Shown here: piece after piece, positions 51,866 to 64,000 of the stretch
How positions within the stretch are numbered: position 1 is the stretch's first letter
How the letters are laid out: each line of letters begins with the position of its first letter
From: Heterodontus francisci
Lineage: Eukaryota
Direction: 5' to 3'
NCBI RefSeq assembly: GCF_036365525.1
Contig: NC_090387.1
Location: forward strand, 60,932,592-60,996,591
DNA length: 64,000 nucleotides
The notes under the pieces: model-generated
What the model saw: only the letters and a program-made list of their open reading frames with translations
What the model was told of the DNA's origin: nothing
The model's database searches: none
Position numbers and translations under genes: made by a program

Positions 51866-52368
51866 TTGAGAGGGGAAGTGAAGAGAAAAATAAGACTGGC
51901 AAAGAGAGAAAATGAGAAAAGAGTAACGGTCAACATAAAAGGGAACCCAAAAATCTACCAGCATGTCAATAGTAAGCGGTTATTAAGAGATGGGATGGGG
52001 TCTAATGGGGACAAAGAGGGTGATATATGCTTAGAGGCACAAGGTAAGGCTAGAATACTTGATGAGTACTTTGTATCGGTGTTTACTAAGGATGGAGGAA
52101 CTGGAAAGGCTGGCTATGCTTAGAGTGGATAAGTCGCCTGGTCCAGATGGCTTGCATCCCAAGTTGCTAAAGGAAGTAGTGGTGGAGATGGCGGAAGGGT
52201 TTACCCCATAATCTTCTCGTCTTCACTAGATACGGGGGAGGTGCCAAAGGATTGAAGAGTGGCAAATGAGGCACCCTTATTCAAGAAAGGGTGCAAGAAC
52301 AGTCCTAGTAACTATAGGTTGGTCAGTTTAACATCTGTGGTGGGTAAATTTTTAGAAACAATCATCAT
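51866..52368 (+). mobile_element. CR1 ORF2 internal fragment
   Basis: KRKIRLAKRENEKR...GNPK, DKSPGPDGLHP, PLFKKG, NYRLVSLTSVVGK. Confidence 0.85.
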
Positions 52369-52375
52369 AAAAATA

Positions 52376-53030
52376 ATCCTGTGCGCGGATGCTGATGTCA
52401 TTTTAAAGGGCTCTCACCCCTACCGGTAAATTTAAATATTCAAAGCACAAGTAAATAAAAAAAAGACATTTCTTTTGCCTCTGTCCCACCCACGCAATAA
52501 CAATTTAATTAATTATTTGCCCTCTTCTTTCCCCCCCCCCCAAAAAAAAAACACTTAACTTGTCCACCTGACCTCCCCCGCCCCCCCCCCCCCCCATTTC
52601 TGCCCCCACATTGCATAAACTTGAAACTATAACCCTTTCCACCATCCCCTACACCAATGATGTAACTTTGACCCTATTTCTCCTCCCCCCCCCCCCCCCC
52701 CACCCCAACACTGCACTGAGAAACCTGCCTCCTCCCTTCCCCACCAGTGTGGAGCCTCATTTCCCCGGGCGGGAGTGCCGGCCACCAGGCTGAAGATCGA
52801 AGCGGAACTCAGGTGGTGATGCAAGTATCATTAATGCATTCATTTTAATTTATTTAAATATTCTAATGGGGGGTCCCATCGTTGAGCGGTGGGGGGGCCG
52901 CCACTGGTAATATCGGGCTGGGCTCTCCCGGCATCAGGGTGCATGGCAGCCCTCTCCCGGATGCATCTTCAGGCCCACCCCTACCCCCCGCCATATGCCC
53001 AGACGCCTTGGGGAGAACTAAATCCAGCCT
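52376..53030. mobile_element. Partial non-autonomous DNA transposon (MITE-like)
   Basis: Ends in taaatccagcc, like the TIR family at 55538 and 62620-63254; C-rich interior. Confidence 0.45.
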
Positions 53031-54419
53031 GAGGTTATTAGAGGCCCATGCTTGTGGATTGTAGAGATGATGGACTGGTGGGGGGAGAGAGACAGTGGAG
53101 GCAAGTTCACAAGATGGTTACAGATGAGTAAAGTCATTAGGCTCACTGTTCATTCATCCAGAAAGATCCTATATTTTGCTTGTCACATTTCTCCCTTGCT
53201 CTACTGGAAGTGTTATTTACTGGTGTTCTGTCCTTTGACAAGGCATTGACGAGGTACAGAAGAACACCAGGCAATTATTATTCATGAACTGCAACTGGGA
53301 ACACCAGCAGGCTATTTGACCACTAGGTAGGGCAGGGCCATCAGTGCCAAGCCAGATCCTGCTGTTGGCCAATATGTATTTCCACTGAGGGCCAATAGCT
53401 TTTCTCCAATCTCATGCAAAGACATTGAATCCAGTTGTAGCACTCCTACCATTGTTTCTGCTGAAATTAGCTAATTTGATACACACTGAGGTTCAAACTA
53501 GATACTTTCCTGATCAGTACTGCTTAGTGAATAAACTCAAGAGTCATCATGGGAGCTCTTTTCCAGTCTCGTATGCGAAACTGAATGGCATAATGAATAT
53601 CCTTCTAAGAATTTTTTTCTTCCCAAAACTCTGTTGATATGTTCCTTTAAACAGCGCATTGAAACTTCACCAGAGTATCTGTAACAATAGATGATATAAA
53701 TTTAAATAGGAAAGCTCCCCTGTGGAGAAAGAACTCAAAAGGTATAGAATAAAATATGGTTCGTTTCTGTAACATAGTTTGAGCTTTGCACTGATAGACT
53801 GAATTATTAGAGCTGTTTGATTATATTGTGGCCTTGTTGCTCCTTTCCAACCTTCAGTTATTCTCAATGGGCAAAATAGCACTTCTGAATAGTAAGGTAA
53901 CTAGTATTAAATTTATCGCAATTAACCGATTTGAGCAATGTTGAAATATTCAAGAATATGAGGAATTGGGGTGTTGGATGGACAGTCGTGAACAGAGATC
54001 AGCCTGTCACCACAAAGAGAAGGCTATAGATAGCAAGGTAAGTTAGGGTGGGAGGGGTGTTTGTGCAGGTGTCGCAGCTGGGTAGGGGGGAGCCCAGGGA
54101 TGAAGGGGCCTGGACTTTGCTATTGGAACCTGGAGGAATACTCCTGCCTTAGTTGGCAGGAGTGAGTAAAAATGCCATTGGGGTCATATTGTAAGTCATG
54201 AGACCAAAATTTAAATTTATAAGGAGAATCCTGCAGGAATCCAGCAGCTGCCTCACCCTCTCCTGAAACCAGCAACATTAAAATGGGGGAATCGGCAGAA
54301 AATGAAGCTGTGCAATATTAATTATACCTCTGCTCCTTTCCAGCCAATAGGAGAGAGTTAGACACTCCTACTATGTCTGTTTGTGTTAATAATGTTCAAC
54401 TATAGTATTACCATAGAAT

Positions 54420-54525
54420 GTGCAGGGCTGTGGGGTAAAAGCAGGGGAGTTGCTCTTGCAGAGAGCTGCCACCAGCATGATGGGCTGAATGGCCTCCTGT
54501 GTGGTAAAGATTCTATGATTCTAAG
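54420..54525 (+). mobile_element. CR1 3' tail fragment
   Basis: atgatgggctgaatggcctcctgtgtggtaaagattctatgattct. Confidence 0.75.
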
Positions 54526-55537
54526 AACAGTAAAATAATGAGTATTTCACTAAAGCTAAGTGCTCATAATGCAACCCACTTGACATGTTTCCTGTTTTCA
54601 TTGTAAGAAATGTTTAGTGGACCAATGATGGATCAGGACAGGTGTTGGCAGGAAGTGGCTTGTTGTACTGTTGAGCAGCAACCAGGTTTATCTGTAAACC
54701 ACGGTCTTCTGCTAAACTGGCAGAAGCTGAGGCTTGAACTTGTCGCAAATTGTTTGTCGCTAACAACAGCGTATATGTGGGCGTATGGCACCCAAAGCAA
54801 CGGGAAAGCAGTGTGAAATGTGTAGGCTTGTGCTCTCATCTGAGCTCTTGAAGTAAAGCAGCCAAGTCTTTTTGGTTACTTGTCTCAAATCTTTAATTTT
54901 AAGAATTAGTTTGTTTTAGAAACTGGCTAAAAGTGACACCACAAAATTAGCATCCCCTTTCAAAGCAAAGCTGTTTTTCATCTCATTTTCAAATATTATT
55001 TACTCTCCCTTGCTTCAATACTTTCTTCCCCCTAAACATCTCCCTTACCCCTTTGAATATTACTTGCTCATTTAAAAATCATTCTACCACAGAACACAAG
55101 AAGACAGCTTAACTGCAGGTCTGGGAGATCATGCTGTTAACTAGCTCTTAGTAAATTCATGCGTTGGATTTGATTTTCTTTCCGTTTGGGAAAGCATTCC
55201 TCAGTTTTGATTCCTTTGCTAGTCTGTGTCTTAAACGTGAGAACTTTCATGGAATCACATGAGAAAACCTATGTAGAACAAACATTTACACAGTACACCT
55301 TGTCATAACTGTTTTCAAAGCTTCTAAATTCCTTAAAATAACTTATTTTTCTGGTATTTTGCCAGCTTTTGAAAATATGGTAGTGATTATATTGTCTTTC
55401 TTGAATGCTGGTCACGTGCAACTAAAGATTAGAGTTGATAGCCAGGAGAGTAATTTGTATGCAATAGCTTTGTGACAGGATTAAAAAAACCAAATCATTT
55501 AGTATGAAATTTACAGTTTAAGGCTGTAAGAGACAAG

Positions 55538-55850
55538 GGGCTGGATTTTAAGACCCCACCACTGCTATTGGTGGTGGGTGAAAAAATGGCGACTCGCACG
55601 CATGGGCCGAACACCATGGTGGCTCATTTAAATAACTGGGGCGCCCCCCCCCCCCCCCCCCACCCCCAAAATCACGTGGAGGGGGCGGGCTGTCTGACAC
55701 TGGCAATAGTGTCTGATGCGTGTGCGCAATCGCTGGCGCCATTTTTAAAGGGCAGCCAGCCCTGCTAACAAATTAAATTTTTAAAGCACCCCGCCCCCCA
55801 AAAAAAACCTAACAAAATTATAATGCTCCTTTCCCCCCCCCCCCCCCCCC
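55538..55850. mobile_element. Left part of a MITE-like element
   Basis: Starts gggctggattttaa, the same terminus as 62620; CpG-rich interior sharing tttaaata and ggcgccatttttaaag motifs. Confidence 0.5.
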
Positions 55851-55854
55851 CGGA

Positions 55855-56050
55855 TAACAGGAGAAGAGAGTGCTGATTGGCTGGCAAGTGGACTCTGGTG
55901 GAGGCAGAGTCCACTTAGAAACCAATCCGCATTCTTCTCATACAGTATAAATTTGTTGTTTCCCTTGCATTGGTATTCTTGCAAATTGTCTTGATGAGTG
56001 CAAGACAAAAAGCTTTGACAAAATGTTGCTATTTTCAGCAATACTCAAGT
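55855..56050 (+). mobile_element. Second Penelope-like repeat with decayed minimal hammerhead (55986-56021)
   Basis: ttgtc-TTGATGA-gt gcaag ac-AAAA-agct-TT-gacaa: stem I and a palindromic stem III are present, the core is mutated. Confidence 0.5.
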
Positions 56051-57427
56051 TCTGTACTACCAAACAGCCATTTTCTAGGAATACTATAATTGAGTATTTT
56101 TATTTGTATTTCAATTAGACAGAAAAGGCATTTGTTTATAAAATACTTAGATTCATTTCTAAATGTGGATTCATAAACTTGTACAAGAAAAGCAACTTCA
56201 TTTTAAAATATCAAAACAAACTATTGAATATGAAACCATTAAATGGCGCACTAGAAGTGGTGTACATGATTGTACCTATGCCTTCAAAGTTGAGTGGAAA
56301 TGTTGAAAACAGCTGTTAATATGTCATAAACTATTCATTATGTTTAAATGGAGACAAACTACCCATGTTCTGAAGTTTGTGATACTATCTGGCTGCACTG
56401 CAGAATGTTTCGATTCAAAATTTTTATTGATCCTAACTGCACTATAGCACTTTTATCCCTTTACCAATTGGTAAGTTCCACTGACAAAAAATAGGGGTGT
56501 GATCTGATTATGGAATGATTTTAGCAGACACATTTAAAACTCAATCAGTAAACTAAAATTTAAGCATCTCCAAATAAATCTTTCATCCCTTTTGATTTGA
56601 GTTATCCTCCTGTGCTTGACACTTTGAAGTTCTGCCATGCCAGGGGAATATGAACAGTACTCTGAAAATAAGAATAAGTGCCTTTATATTTTTTAAAGGG
56701 CCTACATTGCTAATTTTTGCCTTTTTTGAGATTGAAAATATACAATACTAATTTATGTGTGTAATGCAATTTACGTAGGGATCACCTGGAATCGTGTGAC
56801 CCCAGTTTAAGATTACATTCATAATTTGTGGGACTGAGTTGGCATGTAAAGCAAGTGCATTCTGCTGCAATGTGCATGTATTAAACAGCTGTCTTCTCAT
56901 TGAGCACTGTACTACTGAGCTATGTTTTTGATTAGACAGAAGTTTTATGTTTCAATGAAGAATGCAGGAGCCATAATTTAATTGCAGTGAATGTAATTTC
57001 AAGTTTTTAAATCAGTTTCTAAAAGAGGAAAAAGTATCCCATAAAATTGTACTCAAGAAGTAGTACAGTTCACAACATTGCGCTGAGAATGTTGAGACTT
57101 CACCATTGATGACTCAGTTGTATGATCCAGAGCCATGAGTCAAGAAATTTGGTCCTTGGTTTGTGCTGAATTCATTGATCAGAGTAGGGATATTTGCCTT
57201 GGCCTCAATCTTGGGCTAAGGAGGAAAAAATTGGGCAGGAATCTCAGTCCTAATCTCTGTGCGCTAGCCCCTTAGTATAAGTTTGTGTGGATGTCACACG
57301 ATAGAATAATCAAGTTTAGTGTAGTATCTTCTGTTTGAATAGCTAGTTAATTTTCATTGTCTATTATCACTGGTAAGAAATAGCCAGTTGGATATAGTTC
57401 TGGGGACTGCCAGAGGTCAGAAAAAAT

Positions 57428-57800
57428 AATTTGTATTTATATAGCACTTCATCACATCTCTGTGATCCCATAGTGCTTCATATCCAAGGATCCACTCTTT
57501 GACCTCGGCCAATGTGGCAGTCATATTGTAAGCAGCTAGATCTCAGAAATAGTAGTGAAATGAATGACCAGTTGATTTGTTTTTAATGTATTGTTTCGGG
57601 GAGAAATATTTGCTCCTCATGGACCAGAGCCATAAGATCTTTGTGTCCATGTGAACCACCAGAACAGTCAGGCAGGGCCTCGGTTTAACAATTCATCTGA
57701 ATAATTATGCATTTGTCAAAGCATTACTCATTCAATACTGTGCTGATGTGTCAGATTGTGTACTCAGCTGAGATGAACTGATACTTAAGATACCATACCC
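57428..57800 (-). mobile_element. DeuSINE-like remnant
   Basis: ggcagggcctcggtttaac is the reverse complement of the Deu core gttaaaccgaggccc; tail ttgtatttatatagcac. Confidence 0.6.
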
Positions 57801-57913
57801 CAAAGTGAGACCATACCTTCAGCAAAAATGATGAGAAAGTGGGATGCATTCGTGCATTTATGGCGTGCATTTGTCTGTACACCTTCAATTAATTTTTTTC
57901 TTTTTCTTCACAG

Positions 57914-58678
57914 TTTTAATCAAGCGGGAGCATACAGATGAGATAGAATTGCCCACCATTCCTACCCTTCCAATGCCTGTTGCGCACACTGCTGGTGTAT
58001 CTGGTCTACATCAAGTTGGGTCACAGCTGCCTGCCTCAGATACTGGCCACCTTCATGAAAATTTGGCACCTAATTCACAGAGGAACCTTGGTCCTCCAAT
58101 GCAGCAAACGTATGCACCTATGATTTCTCCATCAGTAACGTGTATGTCACGCCTATCAACTAGAAGCATTAGTCCAGGTTCGGAATGTCCCATTATGCCT
58201 CCCTTGGGTCACCAGTCCTTCCCAACACCAGCTCCGCCTATCAGGCCTTCTTATCAGCCTATGCAATCTAACATGATGTATAATGGACAGCCAGGTCTTC
58301 CCATGAACTCTGTTACTAACCAGAGATATGAAAAAATATCTTATCAGCCTGATGTAGCTGGTCCACTTCAAATCAACCTTGGATGTCAACAAATGCAGCA
58401 AATGTACTGTTCTCCGAGTCCAGGTCCAGCTTCATCACCATCTCCAACAGCAGCTCATTCTTTGGGACATTCTCCACACTCTGGACAAACCTCACCACAG
58501 CTACACAGTACAAGTTTAGGAAGTCTATCAGCACCTCCTCCGTTGACCCATCACAATGTGTGTAATTCATCTCCATTTTCAACACCAGAGCAAGCATCCC
58601 TGAACATTAAACAAGAACCAGAGGATAGCGAGCTGCCTTTTCAGGCCATTGGCCTGCAGGATATCACACTTGATGATG
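57914..58678 (+). CDS. NFATC3: NFATC3 large coding exon (~exon 9; Pro/Ser/Gln-rich C-terminal region), 765 bp
   Basis: Acceptor ttcacag|TT, donor G|gtaagc. Translates (V)LIKREHTDEIELP...YQPMQSNMMYNG...IKQEPEDSELPFQAIGLQDITLDD; LQDITLDD is the conserved NFAT C-terminal motif. Confidence 0.94.
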
Positions 58679-59099
58679 GTAAGCAACTTAACCTATTTTA
58701 AAGTTATAATTCTGTTGTTGAAAGGACATTGTGACCAAAGAATTAGTACACAAATTTAGAAAATATATACACATGGGTACTTAATGTAACAAGATCGAGA
58801 TTTGTCAGAACATCTCCTAACAGTCTCTTGAATTTGTACTCTCTTTGGATATTGTTTTTAGTGCAATTTTAGAAAAGAATCTATGATATGTTAACTGTTA
58901 GCAGGAAAACAGCTGTTCTTTTATCATATTTTAGTCCCTGCCTACACAAACTACACATCTTTTTAATTCGCTACCAACATGAAATAATTATTTTCAATAT
59001 TTTTATTGGTTGGACTGACTGGAAAAATGCTATATTTCTTACTAAAGATATGTCATCAGGAGCAAGGTTATTAGTCAAGAAAAACGTTATTGTCAGATA

Positions 59100-59400
59100 A
59101 TAGAAACAAAAATTCTGGAAATACACAGCAGCTCAGGCAACTAGAAACAGAGTTAGTGTTTCAAGTTAGTGATCTTTCTCAGCACTGGAGCATGTTAGAG
59201 ATGTAATAAGTTTTAAGCAAGTCCAGAGGCAGGGAATAGGAGGAGGGGAGGAAAGACTTGTGATAAGGTGGAAGACATGAGTGCTTATATGACCAAAGGG
59301 ATGATGGTGTCGGGCACAAATGGGTGGTAGTGGGACAGAAACAAAAGCTGGGTCTAGAGCTGTAAAGCTGGCTGAAAAAAATGGGAGCAGTGGTTATGTC
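59100..59400 (-). mobile_element. Decayed Penelope-like terminal repeat
   Basis: ctggaaatacacagcagctcaggc...gagttagtgtttcaagttagtgatctttctcag resembles 31245-31400. Confidence 0.5.
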
Positions 59401-60799
59401 AGGATTGATATCAGTAACTGTTTACACTTTATGATGAGTCACAGAGTTGCTTTTTAAAGGAACTGTATAGAATTAAACATATGGATTGGATTAATTTTTT
59501 TTGAGTAAAAATGATGTGAAAAAGGTATTCTGGTTCTCTGTGTCATAATCCAGAAATCCATTTGGTGATGAATATTACTGGAGCCAATCTTTATACGCTT
59601 TCATAAGCGTTTACTTACACAGTTACAGATTACAAACAAGCATCTCCTAACCCAACAATCACAGTTTAAGTCAATGTCTGTTTAAGGGCACAAGTGATTC
59701 CACGGTTAATGCCTACATAATATGCAATTAACAGAGAAACTGTTCTTCACTGAGAGTGTGACTAGTTTTATTGCAGTTTTTTTTGTTACTGTTTGTTCAT
59801 AATTATCCTCAGGGATAAGAGCAATATGGGTCAACTTTTAGATTTGTTTCCAATTTTTTTCCTGCGGTTCAAGTTGAGATTAAATGAATACTGTACAAGA
59901 AATAATTCATTTTCCCTTTCTTTCTATAACCTATTAAAAGACTTGCCCTTCAATACCTAAATATAAACTTGGAAAGATTGAACTCACCACAGATTAAGAC
60001 TGATTAGATTTCTTCATTGTTTCATACCAGTATATCATGGTCTTGTACTGATGCATTGGGCAATGGGAAGTTTCAAATGTTACAAAAATTCTGACATACG
60101 TGAGGCAGAAATGTAAGTAGGGAAAAGCAAATTAATTAAGCAGACCCATGTAAATTTTCAAAGTTGCTACAAAATGTATAATCACGAACTACCTCACATA
60201 TCCACATAAAACGTTCAGGAGTGATTTCTACTTCTACGACGGCTACAAGGTAAAGAAAATTCATAAGTTATAAAGTATCTTTAATTGAAGTTGTAATAAC
60301 GTTACAAAAAATTTCCAGTGCTATATGGAGACTTGATGAGGGTTATTTTTAGACCAGTGTATATTTAGCACTCTTTCCTGCCTCATAAAAATAAGGGATT
60401 ATATGTCATGATCAGAGCAAGCTATTGCTGTTACCTATAAATATATTTGTAATGTTTTTCTCCCTTTTGGTTGTAATGCAGACTGGTAGGATCATCCGAG
60501 TAAGGTGCTGAACCCTACATTTTGCCACCACTTCTAGAAACCTCTGTAATGCCATTCACATTGATGACAAAATATTCTCTCAAGCATTAAGCTTGTACTA
60601 AAATTAAGCTTGCTGGTTTTTGGATTTTAGGATTGTCCTTAATCCTTTCTATACCAAAATCATGAATTTAAAAACATTTTTATTCCAAGAGTACAGGATT
60701 TTTATATTTTCCTTTTTATTTTATAACACTTATCAATAGAAATTACTTGGTTGCAAATTGTACATGGAACAGAAAGAATCATATTTTTAAAATGTTTTC

Positions 60800-61780
60800 T
60801 GGATGCATGCAAAGCTGCATTAATGCCTGTCTCTAGTTTCCCTGAGAAGGTGGTGCTGGGCTTCTTTGAACTGCTGGAGTCCTTATGTTGATGGTGCTTC
60901 CACAATGACGATAGCTTGGAAGTTCAGGATATCGGCCCAATAGTACTGTTGAAATAACCTTTGTGAGTTGCTGCAGTGCATCCTGTAGTTCATATATACT
61001 ATAGTCACAGTGTGCCAGTGTTGGAAGGGTTGGATATTGAGTCCAGTGGCAGAAGCATTGATCAAACAAACTGCTGTGCACAGCTCTTGGAAAGGGTCAA
61101 CATTTTCCTTTCTTTACAAATTCTGCCTGACTTGATGAATGTATGCAGCGTTTTCTGTTTTTTTTTCTGTCATGAGTGGTGATGAACTTGTTGAATGTTA
61201 CAGCTCCACCCTTTGAAGCAAGTAGTGAATGTTTGATCACACTTCTAGCCTGAGCCTTCTAAAGGTGAAGAAACTTTGAGGAGTCAGGAGATGAGGCACT
61301 CATCAGAGTCCCCACCCTCTGCCCTATTCAGTGATGACTCCCCAAGATATTGATGGCTGAAGACTCTGTAATTAAAGGTCAGAAAAAATGGCAGGGATTT
61401 CTCTTGCTTGAGATAGTCATTGTATGGCACTTAATGTGGCATGAATATTACGTCCACTTTTCACCCTGAGAGTGGATGTTATCCAAATTCTTCTGCAGGC
61501 CATTAGGGAGCTGAACAGTGTGGAATCCTTATTGAACAGCCCCTCTCCTGACCTCATGACAGAAGGAAAGTAATTAAGGTAGCAGTTAAAGATTATTGGA
61601 CTGAGGATGCTTCCCTGCAGTGACATCCTGGGACACTGGCCTCACAACCACAACTGTCTTCTTTTGCATCACATGTGACTCCAGCTAGGGGATCCCTATG
61701 ATTCCTCAGTGACTTCAATTTGCTTGAGCTCTTTGGTGCCATACTCAGCCAGATGCTGCCTTGATGTCCAGCTCTTTCTA
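60800..61780 (-). mobile_element. Older degenerate relative of the 33287-36550 LINE (RT 3' half)
   Basis: cctgagaaggtggtg, ttgctgcagtgcatcctgtag, gagtcaggagatgag, gtgccatactcag and atgctgccttgatgtc are collinear with 33360-34440. Confidence 0.7.
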
Positions 61781-62619
61781 TGATCAGTTGGTTAAGTGGA
61801 GTTACTTGACTTCTGAATGAGATTAAATATCATTGTGGGCCAGAAATGACCAATACTTTAAGTTCCAGGTACCTTCACATGAATTTAAGAAATTGTGAAA
61901 GTTTTAAACTGGAAGGAGAAATCTTTGTAGCTGTGTTAATTATTTTTGGACCCTCTTGATTTGGTTTATCACTCAAAACAAAAATTACAGTCTCATAGCT
62001 GTACTGTGTCTCGTTCAAGTTTCACTTAGGTTTACAATCAGGACATTTAAGCCACCTTGGTTCAGTAAGACTGCATTGATCTACAAATGACATTTTGGAA
62101 CCATTCAGGGTTTCAGAATGGTTGATGTGAACAAACCTTCAGATTTGGATCAACTCCATGCAGTGTGTTTTGTTCCCAGCTGCTATTTAAAAAAAATCTA
62201 CTTGCTAGCTCTAATCTAATAGTGCTGCTTGTTATTGTAAATATTCAGATATTGGGTCATATCATTGGTTATTGTAAACATATAAAGCCATACATTACTA
62301 TTGTCCTCAAACCCAACTTCCAGCTTATTTCAACATAATGGATGTTTTCTGGTCCTAAGTATTGCAGTGTAAATTGAAGAAAGTAAAAATTAGGAGGAAA
62401 ATTGATCCTTAGACATTCCCAGTACCTCTTCAGTGCTTCCAGAGGCAGGTCCTGCACATCTCCCCTCTGGGCACCCGCCCCGACCCACGACTGATAGGAC
62501 TCTGGAATTAACTCAACCACATAGTCCAATCTTCCAGAGCTACCAATCTCCACAGTCCTTTCCCAGTGCAGCCAAGATCTTGGCTCGCCTCTTCAGTGCT
62601 ATCATTCACTAGAACCATT

Positions 62620-63254
62620 GGGCTGAATTTTACCAGCCCCTTGATGCTGTGGTTACAGCGGGTTGGGGGGGGATGCTGATAAAGTTCTGCAAGGAGAGGC
62701 CCACCTTGGCCCGTGACATCAAGAAGGGCCTGCCGCATATTAACGGGAGTTCCGAGGCGTGAACCTGGTGGGGAGGGGGGGAGGAATAAAATTGTCAGGG
62801 TTGGAGGGGTGGGGGAGCAGGGTTTATTGGCTGTGGAGTTGGTGGGAAGTGGTTGAGGGCAAAAGTTAGAAGGTTCGGGGGGAAATTTGGGTAGGGAAAA
62901 AGGCAAGTGTTAATATTGGACACTGAAATGAGCATGGGGGGCGTTGGGGAAGGGTCTCCATACCATTATTATTTGTTCATAAAAAATAATGAATATTGTA
63001 CCTTTAAAAATGAAAATTACTTCTAAGGGCTTAAAGCTCTTTAAAAATGACACCTGCCCGGTGGGGCTGGACACCGTTGCCGGGGACGCGGTGGCTGCCC
63101 CTTTAAGTCATCGGGCAGCCGCTCTGCCCCCTCTATTTAAATAAGCCCCCGCGCGTAATATCACGGGGGCTGTGCTGCGGCACTTCCACGTTGGAAGGCC
63201 GCCGAGTTCAAATTATGTCGCTGCGGAGCGCAGTGCGCGAATAAAATGCAGCCC
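62620..63254. mobile_element. MITE / non-autonomous DNA transposon, 635 bp
   Basis: TIRs gggctgaatttta and taaaatgcagccc (12/13 inverted match); no transposase; no clear TSD. Confidence 0.65.
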
Positions 63255-63777
63255 ACTGTCAAAATGCTGCTAAACCCCACTAACTTCACATACTTGCCCT
63301 AATCCCTTACAGGCTGCCTACCAACTTTTTGTGTAACCTGTTCTTTATGGTCGATAACCAAAACACTGATGTAATAACTCCAGAATTCCCCGTTATTAAA
63401 GTGGAACTTGATTTATTCAGTCAATATGGGCCCTGATAATACATTGCACATTCTGTAGTATAACTATTCTATTTTGATGAAATGTTGTCTGACCCGAGGT
63501 GACTATCACCATAGGAGAATTGCAAGTATATATGAAAACAGCTATATATGTCTGTCAAATTTTGTTAGCCTGAAGTACCACGTTTTGTTATATATTTTTT
63601 TAAAAGCTGAAAGTAAAGCCAATATTTTTTGCCTGTTTCTTCAGACTGAGAACCAGAAATTTGTTACAGTTGCTCTCTAATTGGCCGTAAGTTTATGAGG
63701 AGTGGCAATTACCTAGATTCATTTAGCAAAACATCTTAACTGCTCCAGACTCTCAGTCCTACTCGAGATTAAGCAAC

Positions 63778-64000
63778 AAACAACTTGTATTTATATAGCG
63801 CTTTTAATGTAATAAAATATCCCAAGGTACTTCTCAGGAGCATTATGAAGCAAAATTTGACATAGAGCCACAGAAGGAGATATTGGGGCAAATGACCAAA
63901 AGCTTGGTCATGAGGTAGGTTTTAGTAGAGCGTCTTAAAGCAGGAAAGAGAGGTTTGGGGAGGGACTTCCAGTGTGTAGGGCCTAGTCAGCGGAAGGCAG
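63778..64000 (-). mobile_element. L2 LINE 3' end (runs off the window)
   Basis: caacttgtatttatatagcgcttttaatgtaataaaatatcccaagg is the reverse complement of the L2 tail at 41600-41665. Confidence 0.8.

Noticed and set aside
52530-52705. Poly-C tracts as functional G-quadruplexes (also 25050, 55640, 55835)
   Set aside because: Homopolymers inside repeats; prone to slippage and sequencing error, with no evidence of function.
53080-53560. Possible old SINE family also at ~20420-20580 and ~57100-57420
   Set aside because: The similarity (ggtcRaatagSct motif) is too decayed to set boundaries or identity without alignment.
61810-61830. Next NFATC3 exon (tgaatgagatt resembling VNEII)
   Set aside because: No AG acceptor precedes it and the following codons do not match; the terminal exon is probably beyond the window.
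1-64000. Prokaryotic features (CRISPR arrays, operons, defence systems)
   Set aside because: The sequence is a spliced vertebrate gene with retrotransposons; there is no regularly spaced repeat-spacer array.

Overview
Eukaryotic genomic DNA, not prokaryotic. It is very likely from a shark or ray, because it carries HE1-type V-SINEs, DeuSINE-like repeats and abundant CR1/L2 LINEs. The window lies inside a + strand NFATC3 gene: six coding exons (equivalent to human exons ~4-9, the Rel-homology/IPT domain and the C-terminal region) splice in frame with GT-AG boundaries. The introns are filled with transposons. These include full-length and nested CR1 LINEs, an 11.3-kb nest of two Gypsy LTR elements with an internal inverted duplication, a solo LTR, Vingi, L2, SINEs, MITEs and Penelope-type repeats with degenerate minimal hammerhead ribozyme motifs. 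The most unusual feature is a ~3.26-kb single-ORF LINE (33287-36550, - strand). Its 5' end is a tRNA-like RNA polymerase III promoter (A and B boxes), its sense strand has no TTTT terminator run, and its endonuclease frame has no in-frame AUG. It is a candidate Pol III-transcribed protein-coding retrotransposon, and a related SINE lies nearby. All calls were made by eye from motifs; no searches were run.
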